DNA of 18,050 nucleotides. Origin: Thermodesulfovibrionales bacterium (GTDB lineage: Bacteria; Nitrospirota; Thermodesulfovibrionia; Thermodesulfovibrionales; SM23-35). Below the pieces are notes generated by a model. That model saw only the letters and a list, made by a program, of their open reading frames with translations, was not told where the DNA came from and searched no databases. Shown here in pieces: positions 16,721 through 18,050 of the stretch (position 1 is the stretch's first letter; each line of letters starts with the position of its first letter). The DNA lies in contig CAVQRT010000027.1 of the NCBI GenBank assembly GCA_963715195.1, positions 1 to 18,050 of the forward strand, in the 5' to 3' direction. The position numbers were made by a program, and so were the translations under genes.

Positions 16721-18049
16721 GATAGTGCAAAATTGATTGTGTGAAAAGGTAAAAAGGGCGCACCTCCTATAAAATATTTTGTTACGACCAATAACAAAAC
16801 AAAAGGAGGAGCACCCATGAAAATTAAAATCAGTGTACCAGAAGTAGTGGAATTAATCAAAGAGCTGCAGAGTAATCCGACGAGAATATTTGAGATGATC
16901 GGCATGAATGTACAAAAGGATGTAGGGGATTATCTGACGAACCTGATGAAAGCAGAGTTGACGCACTTTTTAGGTCGGGGTGAATATGAGCGTGGAAACG
17001 GGGAGAGCGAATCATCGCAATGGCAGCTATCCCCGTGGATTCTGCATAAAAGGGATTGGAGAGGTAGGGGTAAAGGTTCCGAGAGATCGGAATGGTGACT
17101 ACCAGACACAGGTACTGCCTCGTGGGAAGCGGTATGAGGATCGAATTACCGAGGATCTGTCGATCATGTATCTGACAGGGATCAGTACAAGGACCTTGTC
17201 ACTGCTGAGCAAGCGGCTTATCGGGAGGAAAATATCCCATGCAGAGGTCAGTGCAGCCAACCGGGAATTGACCGAAGCGGTAGAGAAATGGCGCAACCGT
17301 GATCTGTCGGAAGAGAAGATCAAGTATCTGTATATAGACGGAGTGAACTTCAAGATGCGGACAGGCCGGGCGATAGAGAATGTTCCGGTATTGGTAGCAA
17401 TAGGGGTAACAGAGGAAGGGATAAAGATTATCGTAGGGCTGCAGAGCGGGGATAAGGAATCTGCAACGAACTGGAGGGAGTTTTTCCGTGATCTCAAGGG
17501 CAGAGGACTGAACGGCTCTTTGGTACAGTTGGGGATTATGGATGGGTTATCGGGATTAGAGATGGTATTCCGGGAAGAGTTTCCGAATGCAAAGGTACAG
17601 AGGTGTCAGGTACATGTGGCGCGGAACGTACTTGCAAAGGTTCCTCATAAACTGAAACAGACGGTAGCGGATGACCTGAGGTCTATCTTTTACGCATCAT
17701 CGAAGGAGAAGGCAGAAGAGTTTTACAAAGAGTTCCAGGAGAAATGGGAAAAGGAGATTCCCTCAGCGGTAAAGTCACTCAGCCAGGCGATTGATTCCTG
17801 CCTGACCTTCTTCTCTTTTCCTCAGGAGGAATGGATATCGTTACGGACAACGAATGTTATTGAACGGTTAAACAAGGAATTCAAGCGAAGGATCAAATCG
17901 ATGGAGATTGTAGCCGGTGAGCATGCCTGTTACCGGCTACTGGCGTTTATTTCATTAAAGATGGAGATGAACTGGAGAACAATGAAGGTTGGAAAGGTGC
18001 GTCCCAATTTACCTTTCTATGGAAGTCACACAAAATAGTTGACTCTATC
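16721..18049 (+). mobile_element. IS256-family insertion sequence (1329 bp)
   Basis: Imperfect terminal IRs: left GATAGTGCAAAATTGATTGTGTGA, right (reverse complement) GATAGAGTCAACTATTTTGTGTGA; base 18050 (G) fits the first base of an 8-bp target duplication GGTTTCAG. Confidence 0.9.
16817..18038 (+). CDS. IS256-family (Mutator-type) DDE transposase, frameshift near 17005
   Basis: AELTHFLG, RNGSY, VPRDRNG, YLYIDG, IMDGLSG, QRCQVH, RTTNVIERLNKEFKRR. Confidence 0.95.
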
Positions 18050-18050
18050 G

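Noticed and set aside
16990..17020. Programmed frameshift in the transposase
   Set aside because: IS256 transposases are normally single ORFs, no clear slippery site is present, and similar indels occur throughout the window.
1075..17497. Antisense or overlapping ORF-track entries (e.g. 1075-1356, 1457-1723, 2540-2722, 2587-2769, 3811-4095, 5001-5297, 5682-5921, 7622-7945, 9025-9342, 12828-13103, 17099-17497)
   Set aside because: They shadow better-supported genes or non-coding elements and show no recognisable motifs.

Overview
AT-rich bacterial accessory region that appears to start at a tRNA-like 3' end (CCACCA) and ends at the right terminal repeat of an IS256-family element. The first ~11 kb is a mosaic of small unrelated genes in both orientations: a PD-(D/E)XK nuclease with a topoisomerase-type Zn finger, a cupin, a PAS-GGDEF cyclase, a receiver protein, tatA, a Lar-family protein, SHOCT and PilZ proteins, small membrane proteins and several 5'-truncated fragments. 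It is punctuated by at least five integrase-attachment-site-like segments, yet no integrase is visible. Three are copies of one non-coding element (up to 141 bp); two of those copies are fused at the anticodon loop to 3' fragments of different tRNAs (Thr-CGT, Arg-CCT). Two more are tRNA 3' ends followed by IHF-like and 11-bp-spaced repeat motifs. There are also candidate small structured RNAs, the best being a ~160-210 nt minus-strand rod with its own sigma70 promoter. The right part holds a large secreted thrombospondin-type-3-repeat protein and an mcrBC-like locus whose mcrC is cut by IS256. Many genes carry 1-nt frameshifts, probably sequencing errors. All family calls are by-eye motif recognition; no searches were run.
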